From: Ignavibacteriota bacterium
GTDB taxonomy: Bacteria > Bacteroidota > Ignavibacteria > UBA10030
NCBI GenBank assembly: GCA_963727825.1
Contig: CAVSHO010000001.1
Coordinates: 192,001 to 256,000 of the forward strand
Length of the DNA stretch: 64,000 bases
Direction: 5' to 3'
Positions within the stretch are counted from its first letter, which is position 1. Each line of letters starts with the position of its first letter. Shown here piece after piece: positions 53,211 through 64,000 of this stretch. A model generated the notes under the pieces. That model worked only from the letters and a program-made list of their open reading frames with translations. It ran no database searches and was not told where the DNA came from. Both the position numbers and the translations under genes were made by a program.

Positions 53211-54905
53211 ATGACATCTAACAGTGGGCGACTAAAATTTACTCCGCAACGACCATTGCACATGCTGCAGCGTATTACGAGCAGGCGTAATGCTATGCTG
53301 CTCCTGCGCCTATTTCTCGCGTTTATAACTATCCTTATATTATATTCCATTGTATTTCAGTATCTAATGAATTTAGAAGGGCGGAGATATAGTTACATAT
53401 CAGGGTTGTATTGGATCATTTCAACCATGTGCACGGTAGGATTAGGAGATATTACTTTTTTAAGCGACCTTGGAAGGCTTTTTTCAATTCTCGTAATCAG
53501 CACAGGTATTTTCTTTTTACTTGTGCTGCTGCCATTTACCATTATTCAACTCTTTCAGTCATCAGCACGTGTTCCCCGCGAATTGCCGCAAAACACACGC
53601 GGCCATGTTGTACTGACGGAATATGGCGCTTTGACGAGCGCTCTAATTGAGCGGCTTGAGCAATATAATCAAAACTATGCTGTACTAGTTTCCGATATTG
53701 AAGAGGCAATGCATTTACGGGATCAAGGAATTAAAACCGTTGCAGGCGAGCTTGACGATCCGAACACCTTCAAGGAAATTCGTATTGAACAAGCAGCATT
53801 TGTTGTAGCAACTGGCTCCGATACTACCAACACATCGCTTGTATATACAGTTCGGCAGGTATCAAATGAAATCCCGATTATTTCTGTGGCAAGCGGAGAA
53901 CCAGCGGTGAAAATTTTAGAACAAGCCGGCTGTACGCATGTTCTTGCTCTCGATGAAATGATGGGTCAATCACTTGCGCGAAGAATAATTGCCGGCGATG
54001 CTATGGCGCACGTTATTGGGCAGGTAGATGATTTGGTAGTTGCAGAAGCGGCAGCCGCTGGTACGCCATTGGTCGGTAAAACTCTTGAGCAAGCGCATGC
54101 ATCTCATATTGTTGATGCGTCGATTATCGGAGTTTGGGAAGGCGGGGTATTCGTTCTACCTCAAAGGAACATGACCATCACTAAAAAAAGTATTCTTGTG
54201 CTTGCCGGGACACAAAACTACATTGACCGATACAACGAGTTGTTTTGCATCTACAATATTAATAGTGCACCTATTGTGATTATCGGCGGGGGAAGTGTCG
54301 GGAGTGCAATGGGACGTTCGATGAAAGAGCGGGAACTTGATTTTCGGATTATTGAGAAATCAAAGGAGCTTATTCTTGATGACAAACGATATATTCAAGG
54401 GGATGCAACGAATATTCAAGTGTTGAAACAAGCAGGTTTTTTTGAAGCGCCTGCCGTTGCAATTACCAGCCACAGCGATCCGATCAACATCTTTCTAACC
54501 ACGTATTGCAGATATTTAAGAAAAGATATTCAAATTATCAGCCGTGCAACATTAGACCGGAGCATTCATACATTACATACCGCCGGTTGTGATTTTGTTA
54601 TCTCGCATGCGTCTCTGGGTGCGAATAATATTTTCAACTTATCGAAACGCGGAAATATTTTGATGATCGCAGAGGGCGTCGATGTATTCCGCGTGAAAAC
54701 ACCCATAGCACTAATAGGCAAGACTATCAAATATGCATCCATTCAGGAAGAATGCGGCTGCAACATTATCGGTGTCAGTGCCAACGGATCGATGACAATC
54801 AATCCGTTGGTTGAGACAATACTTCCTGCTAATGGAGAAATTGTTCTAATCGGCAGTGTCGAATCGGAAGAAAAGTTTTTCCGTCAGTACAAACCAAAAG
54901 AATAA
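53211..54905 (+). CDS. Potassium channel family protein with tandem RCK (TrkA-N/C) domains
   Basis: Pore 'YW...TM.TVGLGDI', two TrkA_N/TrkA_C pairs (IIGGGSVG); start uncertain (53211 or 53262). Confidence 0.9.
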   Translation: MTSNSGRLKFTPQRPLHMLQRITSRRNAMLLLRLFLAFITILILYSIVFQYLMNLEGRRYSYISGLYWIISTMCTVGLGDITFLSDLGRLFSILVISTGIFFLLVLLPFTIIQLFQSSARVPRELPQNTRGHVVLTEYGALTSALIERLEQYNQNYAVLVSDIEEAMHLRDQGIKTVAGELDDPNTFKEIRIEQAAFVVATGSDTTNTSLVYTVRQVSNEIPIISVASGEPAVKILEQAGCTHVLALDEMMGQSLARRIIAGDAMAHVIGQVDDLVVAEAAAAGTPLVGKTLEQAHASHIVDASIIGVWEGGVFVLPQRNMTITKKSILVLAGTQNYIDRYNELFCIYNINSAPIVIIGGGSVGSAMGRSMKERELDFRIIEKSKELILDDKRYIQGDATNIQVLKQAGFFEAPAVAITSHSDPINIFLTTYCRYLRKDIQIISRATLDRSIHTLHTAGCDFVISHASLGANNIFNLSKRGNILMIAEGVDVFRVKTPIALIGKTIKYASIQEECGCNIIGVSANGSMTINPLVETILPANGEIVLIGSVESEEKFFRQYKPKE

Positions 54906-54965
54906 ACTTCTCCGATCGCTTAAACCTGCCCGCCGAAGGCACGCAGGCGGGGCGGTCGGAGAGGT
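54906..54965. repeat. Hairpin with an ACCTGCCCGCC...GGCGG element in its loop
   Basis: acttctccgatcgc/gcggtcggagaggt stem; insert 54924-54950. Confidence 0.65.
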
Positions 54966-55155
54966 ACTAAAACAGGTTTGCATTCTTTCCTATTTTCGAG
55001 TATTTTGAAATAGATCGTTCGATACGGCATCGCCACTCCGTTATCGATCGGAACCATAAATCTTCTCTTCGACTTTTTCCGGTTTCAAGAGAACTCTCTA
55101 TTATATAATGGTGTTATTCATAATGTGGCTTAACACAGAACAACGGATGATAAAT

Positions 55156-56148
55156 ATGATAAATTATAAAGAATTAGGATTGGTTAATTCGAAAGAATTA
55201 TTCCAGAAAGCTATAAAAGGCGGGTATGCGATTCCAGCTTTTAACTTCAACAACTTGGAACAATTGCAGGCAATCATTGGAGCATGCGTGGAGACTAAGT
55301 CGCCAGTTATTCTTCAGGTATCGAGTGGCGCACGAAAATACGCAAATCAGACACTGCTTCGGTACCTTGCACAAGGCGCTGTGGAGTACGCAAAAGAACT
55401 GGGCTGCGCTATTCCTATTGTACTTCATTTAGATCATGGCGATACTTTTGAACTTTGCAAATCTTGTATTGAATTCGGTTTTTCATCAGTGATGATTGAT
55501 GGCTCACATCATCCCTATGACAAGAATGTGGAACTGACCCGCCAAGTAGTTGAATACGCACATAAGTACGATGTTACAGTTGAAGGTGAGTTGGGCGTCT
55601 TGGCTGGTATCGAAGATGCAGTCTCCAGCGCTGTCACTCATTATACGAAGCCGGCAGAAGTGGAAGATTTCGTGAAAAAGACTGGTGTGGACTCGCTGGC
55701 AATTTCAATCGGCACTTCCCACGGGGCGAACAAGTTCAAGCCGGAACAATGCACTCGCACTGCTGATGGCGTATTGCTGCCGCCGCCGCTTCGTTTTGAT
55801 ATTTTGGAAGAAGTGGAAAAACGGATTCCAGGATTTCCCATTGTACTTCATGGCGCTTCTTCTGTACCGGTTGAGTTGGTGAAGATCATCAATGCCAATG
55901 GCGGCAAGTTGAAAGATGCGGTTGGAATTCCGGAAGACCAACTCCGCAGAGCGGCAAAATCGGCAGTCTGTAAAGTGAACATCGATTCGGATGGACGATT
56001 GGCTATGACGGCGGGTGTACGTAAAGCATTGATCGATAATCCGGCCGAGTTCGATCCGCGCAAATACTTAGGGCCTGCACGTGATCAACTCAAAGAACTT
56101 TACAAACACAAAGTCACAAATGTGCTTGGCAGTGCCGGTAAAGCGTAA
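55156..56148 (+). CDS. fba: Class II fructose-1,6-bisphosphate aldolase
   Basis: PAFNFNN.E, LHLDHG, SSVMIDGS, VEGELG, SIGTSHG, VLHG.SS, K.NIDSD, FDPRKYL. Confidence 0.96.
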   Translation: MINYKELGLVNSKELFQKAIKGGYAIPAFNFNNLEQLQAIIGACVETKSPVILQVSSGARKYANQTLLRYLAQGAVEYAKELGCAIPIVLHLDHGDTFELCKSCIEFGFSSVMIDGSHHPYDKNVELTRQVVEYAHKYDVTVEGELGVLAGIEDAVSSAVTHYTKPAEVEDFVKKTGVDSLAISIGTSHGANKFKPEQCTRTADGVLLPPPLRFDILEEVEKRIPGFPIVLHGASSVPVELVKIINANGGKLKDAVGIPEDQLRRAAKSAVCKVNIDSDGRLAMTAGVRKALIDNPAEFDPRKYLGPARDQLKELYKHKVTNVLGSAGKA

Positions 56149-56163
56149 GCACAAAAACGAGAA

Positions 56164-56210
56164 ACCTTCGGAGGGTTTTCTCAACTTATACCAAGTAACC
56201 TTCCGAAGGT
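56164..56210. repeat. REP-like inverted pair accttcggagggtt / aaccttccgaaggt
   Basis: Two self-palindromic 14-mers in inverted orientation after fba. Confidence 0.55.
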
Positions 56211-56221
56211 CTTCTACGACG

Positions 56222-56247
56222 ATCCCGCCTTGAGCGGGATTTTTTTT
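56222..56247 (+). terminator. Intrinsic terminator of fba
   Basis: atcccgc-cttga-gcgggat followed by T7. Confidence 0.8.
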
Positions 56248-56386
56248 ATCATAAGTAGAGACGTTCCCCACATTAAATTCATCACATCCAATTTTTACAT
56301 TTGCCGTTTGAGATATAGAAAATCCCGGAAAATATTTCTATATTTGCTGCGCACTTTGAACCTACACAAACATATGGAGCAATATT

Positions 56387-56755
56387 ATGGCTGGTGTCTA
56401 TGAACTCAATTATGAAGGTAAAACAATTCTCTGTATGGATATTACAGGTCTGCAATCAAAAGATAAACCAGAATTTCTTAAGCATGTTAAAAGTGCAAAA
56501 GAAATAATCCGGAAGCAGCCTCCAAAATCGCTTCTGGTTATTACAAAAGTAACAAATACAGGATTTGATACAGAGGTTGCAAACATCATTAAAGAGTATG
56601 CACAGCATAATACGCCATATGTAAAAGCGAGTGCAATAGTTGGAATATCAGGGTGGCAGAAAATAATTTTGACTGCGGTAAAAGCTTTGACGGGAAGGGA
56701 TTTCTATATAACAGATACAATGGAAGAAGCGCAGGAGTGGTTAGTTAAGCAATAA
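56387..56755 (+). CDS. Hypothetical protein, STAS/SpoIIAA-like fold likely
   Basis: 'PYVKASAIVG..G....IL', 'EEA.EWLV' ending; GGAG SD. Confidence 0.6.
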   Translation: MAGVYELNYEGKTILCMDITGLQSKDKPEFLKHVKSAKEIIRKQPPKSLLVITKVTNTGFDTEVANIIKEYAQHNTPYVKASAIVGISGWQKIILTAVKALTGRDFYITDTMEEAQEWLVKQ

Positions 56756-56869
56756 AAATTTAGTTATTCACGCCGGCAGTTATGCATTGGTTAAGAATTC
56801 TAATTTTGAGACAAAGTGAACGTCTCTTTATTTATTCAAGTATGTGAATTGATGATCGCTAATTCGATT

Positions 56870-57310
56870 ATGGTTGTCATTCAAAAAGAAATAAAACTCC
56901 GGCCACGCACCCGCGGATTTCATCTGGTCACGTCGGAAATAATTTCTCAAATCCCGGAGTTGAAAACAATTCAGCGAGGAGAGCTTCACGTATTTATCAA
57001 ACACACGTCAGCATCGCTCACACTCAATGAGAATGCCGATCCTACCGTGCGTGAAGATTTTGAAAAGCACTTTAACAAATTAGCTCCAGAGAATGCATCG
57101 TATTACGAACACGACACCGAAGGATCCGACGACATAACAGCACATCTCAAATCATCAATACTTGGAAGCAGCGTTTCCATCCCAGTCACAGATGGCAGAT
57201 TGAATCTTGGTACGTGGCAGGGAATTTATTTCTGCGAGCATCGCAATTATGGCGGAGTAAGAGAATTAGTCCTGACACTCATTGGAGAAGAAGAGGGTTC
57301 TTCGAAATGA
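56870..57310 (+). CDS. yjbQ: YjbQ/UPF0047 family protein
   Basis: RGFHL.T, HTSASLT.NENADP.VR, H..EG.DD..AHLKSS, LGTWQGIY.CEHR. Confidence 0.93.
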   Translation: MVVIQKEIKLRPRTRGFHLVTSEIISQIPELKTIQRGELHVFIKHTSASLTLNENADPTVREDFEKHFNKLAPENASYYEHDTEGSDDITAHLKSSILGSSVSIPVTDGRLNLGTWQGIYFCEHRNYGGVRELVLTLIGEEEGSSK

Positions 57311-57764
57311 ATAGACAATCCTTTTAGTATAAATATCGAATATAGCTCGTAACACCGGTTAATAATTCCATGCATTAAAAGTAAATCTGACACCGGTGGG
57401 ATTTTTTTTATGGTCATTGAGAGACTTTCTATGGACGATAAAATCAATTGCGTAAAGTGTCACAATTGGGCTGTTTTTTGAAAAAACTGCTTGTTTAATT
57501 GAAAATCATATATTATTCCGCAAAAACTCAGAAAGACAAAACTGTAAAGTAAAAAACCGTATTTATATTGATTCAGCGGGGTAGGAGAAAGAAGTTTTAA
57601 GAATACATGGATGAAAAAACGCAGGGCTTGTGAAAAGAACAATAAGTATTAATTTAAAGTTCTTCCATAATCCTTAACTAGAACATACGAATTGAACAGA
57701 ATTACTAACAACGCTTTAACCAAAAATTAATGTGCCTTTTTGTGCGTTAGCGCACAAAAAAGAC

Positions 57765-57793
57765 TTGACAAGTTTGTTGAATTCTCATATATT
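57765..57793 (+). promoter_or_regulatory. Near-consensus sigma70 promoter of the giant surface-protein gene
   Basis: TTGACA-17 nt-TATATT, preceded by palindrome tttttgtgcg-ttag-cgcacaaaaa (57737-57760). Confidence 0.75.
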
Positions 57794-57927
57794 GGTTGCA
57801 ATCAGTTGCCGAAGGAACGAGCTGTTTTATAAGTTCCCCTCGGTGTCCTTATCTAAGTTTAAACTCGGCGAGGCTTGCCGGGCAAAAATTCCCTAGAAAA
57901 TCATTTCACGAAATAAGGAGTTTACTA

Positions 57928-57960
57928 ATGATAAGATGGTTGACGTTCAATTCTAGTTAA
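57928..57960 (+). CDS. Putative 10-aa upstream ORF (MIRWLTFNSS)
   Basis: TAAGGAG SD 7 nt upstream, inside the predicted 5' leader. Confidence 0.35.
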   Translation: MIRWLTFNSS

Positions 57961-58053
57961 TTCCTATTGAAGTTCGGAATTCTTCAAAAGTTTTTTAAAT
58001 GATGCCAAAAAAGGCATTTTGAAATTTCAAATAATCTCTAATTGGAGGTACAA

Positions 58054-61000
58054 ATGTTTACAAAAAAACTTCTTAAACTTAGTGCACTGTTTGTAGTGCT
58101 GACTATAGTATTGAGTATCTCTGCGTTTGCTCAAACTACTATTTATGTAAGCGCAACCAATGGTGACGATGTGTTTGGTGCTGGCACATCCGGTAACCCG
58201 TATAGCTCGATCTCTAAAGCTATTTCTGTGGCGACTACGGGTTCTACTATATCTGTCCAAGCTGGGACGTACCAATCCAGCACAGTCAGGCCAGTTCAAA
58301 CAGGTGGAACGGGTGATGATGCTTTAGCGGTTACAGGATCATTGAACCTTACTTTTGTTGCTACTGCTCTAAATAGCGACACTACAGTATGGATTACAAA
58401 AGGTATTAATATTAATACAACAGGTACTGTTAACCTTGGCGTTACGGGGAAAGTCTTTAATTTGGGCACAACTGCTACTGCCTTGCAATTAACAGCCGGT
58501 ACATTGAATATTAGCCCTTATGTTGTTTTTGGTAGTGGCGCTATCCTTACTGTTAATAACGGAATAATGGTTGGTGTGCCAACAATTACAACAGCTCTTA
58601 ACGTCACATTCAATGGAACAAATGCAGTTGCTTCTACTTCTGCCTTCCTTCCTAACAGTCTTGGGACAGGTCTATTAACATGTGCCAAAACATCAAGTGC
58701 TCTTACTATTGATAATGCATCTTTGACATGTGCAGGAATCACTGTTAGCGGTGGAGGTGCCGTAACAATTGCAAGTAATATTACCAGCACAGCTAATATT
58801 AATATCACTGGCGCTGCTGCGGTTACATTGAATGGTAATCTTACACTCGGCACTGCAACTGCAGGCGCTGCATGCGATATTATCAACGCAAATAGCGGTA
58901 CACTTACAGTAGGCACAAGCTCTACTAACACTTTGACTATGTATACAACTGCTATTCAAGCTTCAGAAGCAACAGATGGAAACGTTGGAGAAATTAAAAA
59001 TACTGCTACAGGTAAAATTATTGTTAACTCAACTGTAACTGAAAATATTAAGAATACGGGTACCAGTACTGACGGTGGTGAACAACTTGTATTAACCGTT
59101 GGATTGCCGCTTATCAATAATACAGGTGGTGGAGCTGCGGCTATCACAATAAACGGAAATATAAGTTTTATTAATACAAACGTTGTTGGTAGTGTCCCGG
59201 CAAATAATCAGGTTAGTCATATTGTTACACTTTCTAATTCAGGTGCTGGCACTATTACATTGGGTGGTAGCATCCTTACACCGGCTTCGACAGCGGCTTT
59301 CACCACTCCTCCCTGGATAAATGTTATGTTATCAAATACAGGCGGTGGAACATTCGCAACCAGAGGTGCGGCATTAAGAGGTGTGGCGGGAACTCAAGGT
59401 ATTACTAACAGCACAGCCGCCGGCACAATGACATTGGGTCAACCAGGCGATGCATTCACAACTAATTACGATATTATGAATGACTTTGCCGGTTCAACTC
59501 TCACTCTTAATGGAACCGGAACTCTTGGCGGTGCATTAACTAATAATAATGCAACTTCAGTGGTAGCTCTTGGTGCGAATCAAACAATTGCAGGACTTGT
59601 AACTAATACAGGTAAAATTAAATTAAATACTTTTACACTTACATTGACCAAGACCACTGCAGCAGCGTTAGCTGGTGCAGGGGATATGTATTCAGTGACA
59701 ACAGCTACTATAGGTACAGGTGTTGTTGCATTTACCGGTGCAGTGGGTTCGTCAACATATACCGGTAATTTACCAAACGTTCAAATTGCCAGTGGCACTT
59801 CGTTTTCTCTCGCTGGCAATACCATATATGGTAACTTATTTACAGCAGGTTCAGGTACTGTTAGCCTTGCAGGTGCTACGGTTATCAAAGGCGACTTTGA
59901 CTTAACTGGCGCAGGTGTGGTTACAGTTAGTGGTGCATCATCTGTAGCTGGAAATGTTAATATGACTGCCGGCAGTATTACTTTAGCGGCTAATTTGACA
60001 GTTTCAGGTACATTTACTATGCCTCAAGGTAATTTTAATTTTGGTTCATTTTCTTTAATTCTAAATGGTAATTTTAACAGAACAGCGGGAACAATTACAG
60101 CTGGTACCGGCACTTTGGATTTTGAAGGTACTTCACCTCAAACATTCAATCCAGGTACTCAAATGAATGTTTACAATGTTACTGTTAACAATACAGGAAC
60201 GTATGTAGCTGGTGTGGTTACTAATGATATCGTTACTGTGTCGGGTTCTTTGTTTGTTCTAAATAACTTTAACCTTACCTCGGGTCAGGTTCAAATGGGA
60301 ACAAATAATATTAGAATGGATGGCAACACAAGTGCGAGATTCACAAATGGCGGCCGCGGTTACACAGCAAATGGTATCGGCGGTGTTGTCTTTGAAGGAT
60401 CTGGCGCACTTGCCGGTGCAGGTACTGGTGCGGTTATTACCGGCACTAATGCGTATTCTAATATTTTCGTAAGACTTACAACACAAACTAACAATGTATA
60501 CTGTCTTGGAGCGGTTAAAATTTCAGGCGTAATTACATTGGATGGCGGTGGGATTATTTGGAATACAACAGATAATGGTGCGGATGCGTTTAGTGCAAGC
60601 ACTTTGACGCTGGATCAAAGCTTAACAACTCCGGGTTTTCCGACAGTTGTTATCAATACAGCCAACGGACATCCCTCACCATTCTTAGTTAATGGAGCTG
60701 TTGCAGCATTAGCAGCGCCACAACCGGCATTTTCTCCTTCATGCCTATATAACTTATCTTATACAGGCAGCACTGGCGCAACAATGGGAGCGACCGATTT
60801 TGTTACCGGATATGTAAATAATCTTTCATTAGTACAGGGCACTGGCAAAACCATTACAGGTTTAGCTTCAATGGCTATTTTAGGTAACTTGAGTGTCGAT
60901 CCTCTTGATGTATTAAATCTTACCGGCGCAGGAACCTTGACTTTAAGCAGCAACACGGGTGCGCATACTGTTAATGGCACAGTTACCGCTGGAACAGTAG

Positions 61001-64000
61001 CAGTTACTGGTAATGCCGAGACCATCACAGGTGGTGTTGGAACCAGCAATACTTCTTCTATTGCTATTTTAACTGTGACAAACGCTTCAGGTACCTTTAC
61101 ATCAACAGGAATGAAAGTTCTTGGTACTGTTACTATTAATGGCACGGCGTTGGTTTCAAATATTACTATGAATACAACTACGGCAACGCTTACAACGTTT
61201 ACTAACACCGCTGGAACAACAACATTGAACTTGGCTTCGTCAGCAGTGTCTGCCGCTGGTAACTATGTTGTTACAGCCGGCTCTGTTGCGTTAACGATGG
61301 GTTCTGCTGCAGCTACAGCTACAATAGGCGGAACACTTGCTGTAGATGGTGGTACTCTTACGCTGGGTTCCAATGTATGGGTAACAGGAGCTGTTACGCA
61401 TGACGGATCAGGTGTGATTGCCTTAGGTAATTACAATTTGACCTTAGCTAATAACTATAATCATAATAACACAGCAACATTTTCAGCTGGAACCGGTGCA
61501 GTCGTAGCTGGTGGTGCAGGGACTCAAAATTACGTGCTGACTACAACGGCTACAACAGCGGTTACAATTCCTAACTTTACAGTTAATACAGCTGTTGGTA
61601 TTCAGATTCAATCCGCAGGCTTAATAGTTAGTAATTCGTTTGTTCATACCGTTGGTGATGTTGACTTAAATTCACTTCCATTAACAATCAGTGGAAATAC
61701 ATGGACATATACCGCGGGTACCTACTCTAATACAGGTGCTGCATCCACTGGTGTTGTTAATCTAACAGGCACAACGCTTGTGATAAATGGCAATGGTAGT
61801 CCGTCTCTCGCGTATGTAACAATAAATACAACAGGCAGCGTGACTATCAACCCAACCTCAGCGGCGGCGGCGAGAACACTGACAATCACCCAGTTACTGA
61901 CGCAGACCAAGGGTACACTTGCTCTGGGAATTAATAGCGTCGTGTTCACAGGTGGAACAGGATATACATTCACTGCGGGTTCGATCACGGCTTCAACTGG
62001 TGTGTTAAATTTCAATGGCGCTACGGGCTTTACACCCGGAGCTTCTAAATCATTGACAATTCCTAATTTAACGATCAGTGCTAATACATCGGTTGCCGGA
62101 ACAGATTCGTTCTATGTAGCGAATAATCTGACCTTTGGTACCGCTGCTACTACACTTACAGCAGCCGCAGGCCGTATGATATTGAATAATGGTGTGTTAA
62201 TAACTTGTGTAGGCACTGGTACATTATCAGCAGCCCCGGCATTTGCTGGTGTTGTAGATGTTACGTACAAGACGTTAGGCACTACAACAGGAAAAGAACT
62301 TCCAACTTCGGCGACTGCTCTTCGTAATCTAACGATCCAAGTTGCAACTTCATTAGGTGCACCCGCAACAGTTACCGGGACACTAACTTTAGGTAATAAT
62401 ACGGTTGTAGCCCTTACTACTACATCGACGAATTTTATTACCCTCGCAACTGGATCAACGGTTAATGTTTATGGCGGTTCAATTAGCGGTACTGCTGTTT
62501 CACCGGCAGGCCCTTATAACCTTACATATTCAGGTACCAATAATCCTTTATTGGTCACAAGTAAGGAGTGGCCCACAACTGCGAATATTACTACGTTGCT
62601 TATCGGTATGGGTTCTACGACTCCGACAGACGGTATTGTAAACTTGGATGCAAATAGAACGGTTGCTAATTTAACATTGAACTGTATTACAACAGGTTCA
62701 GGTCTTGACTTAACAAATACTGTTAGCACAGTACCATATAATCTAACCGTTACTCATCTGACAACCCTAACAAAGGGAACATTAACAACTACAACGTCAG
62801 GTGGTACAGTAATAGTACAAGGTGATGTTAATGCAGCAGGCGGTTCGTTTGGAGGTTCACTCCAAATGACATTCACTGGTTCTGTTGACCAAACTATAAC
62901 GACACCAAACGGTGGTGCCAGTGTTGGCAATATCACGATCAGTAAACCAAGAAATAGTAATGTTATAATTTCTGGCGGCGATCTTACATGTTCAGGTATC
63001 GTAACATTTAATTATGGATTGGTTAAAACAGGCGCAACAAACGCTCTTGTTCTTACAAGAGTCAGTGGCAGTGCTGCTCAGGGCTTTACTCACAATACAA
63101 CAGGAACCAGCCATGTTGTTGGTAATGTTAGACAAAATCTTATTATGAGTAATATAGTTGCGTTTGCAGCACATGACTTCCCGGTTGGCGATTCGGTTAA
63201 CTATCGTCCAGCAACTTTAACTTTCTATAATCCAAATGTTACTACTAGCACTGCACTTGGTGTTACGGCAACAGTATCTCACCAAAGTGTACGTCCGACA
63301 GGGACAACTGGTTTGCCAATTACAGATGGTATTAATGCTACAACAGATTTGTCGAGATATCCAAGCTTCTATTGGGCAATTTCTACATCTACAAGTTTGG
63401 GTGCAACAACCTTTAACTTGGGATTAACTGCTGCTGGATATGACACAACTCAAATAAATATCAATGATGTAGCATTGAATCAAGTTAAGATGATACGCAG
63501 AAGCGGTGGTCCAACACGATGAAAATAACTCTTGGAATCTGCAGGGTAATAGATTACGACAACTATGTTATTAATGGTGTCCCAACAGTTGTCAATGTTG
63601 GATCAACTAGTGGATTAATACCCGGAGGAGCAATCTACACATATGGCTTAAAGTCAACTCTAGTTGTATTGAATCCGATTGCTGACCAAACCTTAACGGC
63701 TACTAATAAAGTCTTCAAGGTAAAGTTAGGCAGTACCTCAGCGCCAGTCTTTGGCGGAAATACGGGTACACTGGTATTTGGTGCAAGCAGTTCTAATACC
63801 GATTATTGCATCGGTAAATCTGTTTTCCGATACACTAGTAGTTACGAACTTACGTGCAGGCACAGCCACTATCACTGTGACAGCTACAGATGTTGATAAC
63901 AGCCGTATTACAACGAGCTTTAATGTAACAACTAGCGGTGTTGGTGTTGAAGTTGCACAGACCGCTATACCGACAGTGTACTCATTGTCGCAGAATTATC
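58054..64000 (+). CDS. Giant Thr/Gly-rich beta-solenoid surface protein with Ig-like domain and T9SS sorting domain (3' truncated by window); frameshifts near 63517, 63548 and 63803
   Basis: GGAGGT SD, signal peptide, 'YVSAT.GDD...GT..NPY.SI.KAI' beta-helix cap, about 1800 aa of beta-strand repeats; corrected C-terminus reads GTATITVTATD...IPTVYSLSQNY. Confidence 0.88.

Noticed and set aside
55147-55164. atgataaat x2 tandem at the fba start
   Set aside because: A 9-bp duplication giving two alternative in-frame starts; no evidence of function.
56760-56800. Possible integron attC remnant (cgccggcagttatgc)
   Set aside because: No matching RYYYAAC inverse core or paired L boxes, and no integrase or cassette array.
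57800-57900. c-di-GMP or other known riboswitch upstream of the giant gene
   Set aside because: Lacks the GCAAA...GAAA...GACGCAAAG c-di-GMP-I signature and other motifs I recognise; kept only as an unknown leader.
58054-63520. CRISPR array, VNTR or DGR repeats in the repetitive-looking region
   Set aside because: Repetition is at the amino-acid composition level only; I saw no exact nucleotide repeats, spacers or reverse transcriptase.

Overview
64-kb chromosomal window, mostly housekeeping, from a diderm bacterium of the Bacteroidota-Chlorobi-Ignavibacteria group. Ignavibacteria-like is my inference from 'SQNYPNPFN' T9SS sorting domains, classical TTGxxx-17-TAxxxT promoters and Shine-Dalgarno use. 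Contents in order: an envelope-biogenesis cluster (GldG-like, DUF4340, three PPIases including SurA, MoxR, S8 protease, VWA, LptD); tRNA-Leu-tig-clpP-clpX; lysA and glnS; a rearranged kdp operon with three unlisted small ORFs; NFACT; yicC-gmk-rpoZ-coaBC-udg-VIT1-dnaB; a mixed accessory block (DUF1460, ImmA/IrrE, macrodomain, DUF2911, TrmH, GIY-YIG); pdxJ, a K+ channel, fba; and a giant Thr/Gly-rich T9SS cargo protein running off the right end. Several genes carry single-base frameshifts that look like assembly errors. The most striking feature is a complete tRNA-Leu(TAG) gene nested inside a second, split tRNA-Leu-like gene, whose anticodon arm is replaced by a perfect 12-bp inverted repeat clamping the inner tRNA (17672-17850). 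Also notable: short GC-rich palindromes inserted into other palindromic repeats, with an empty-site copy in the same window, and a phased DnaA-box cluster at a divergent promoter region. I saw no CRISPR array, rRNA, transposase, integrase or prophage. All product calls are from motif recognition, not database searches.
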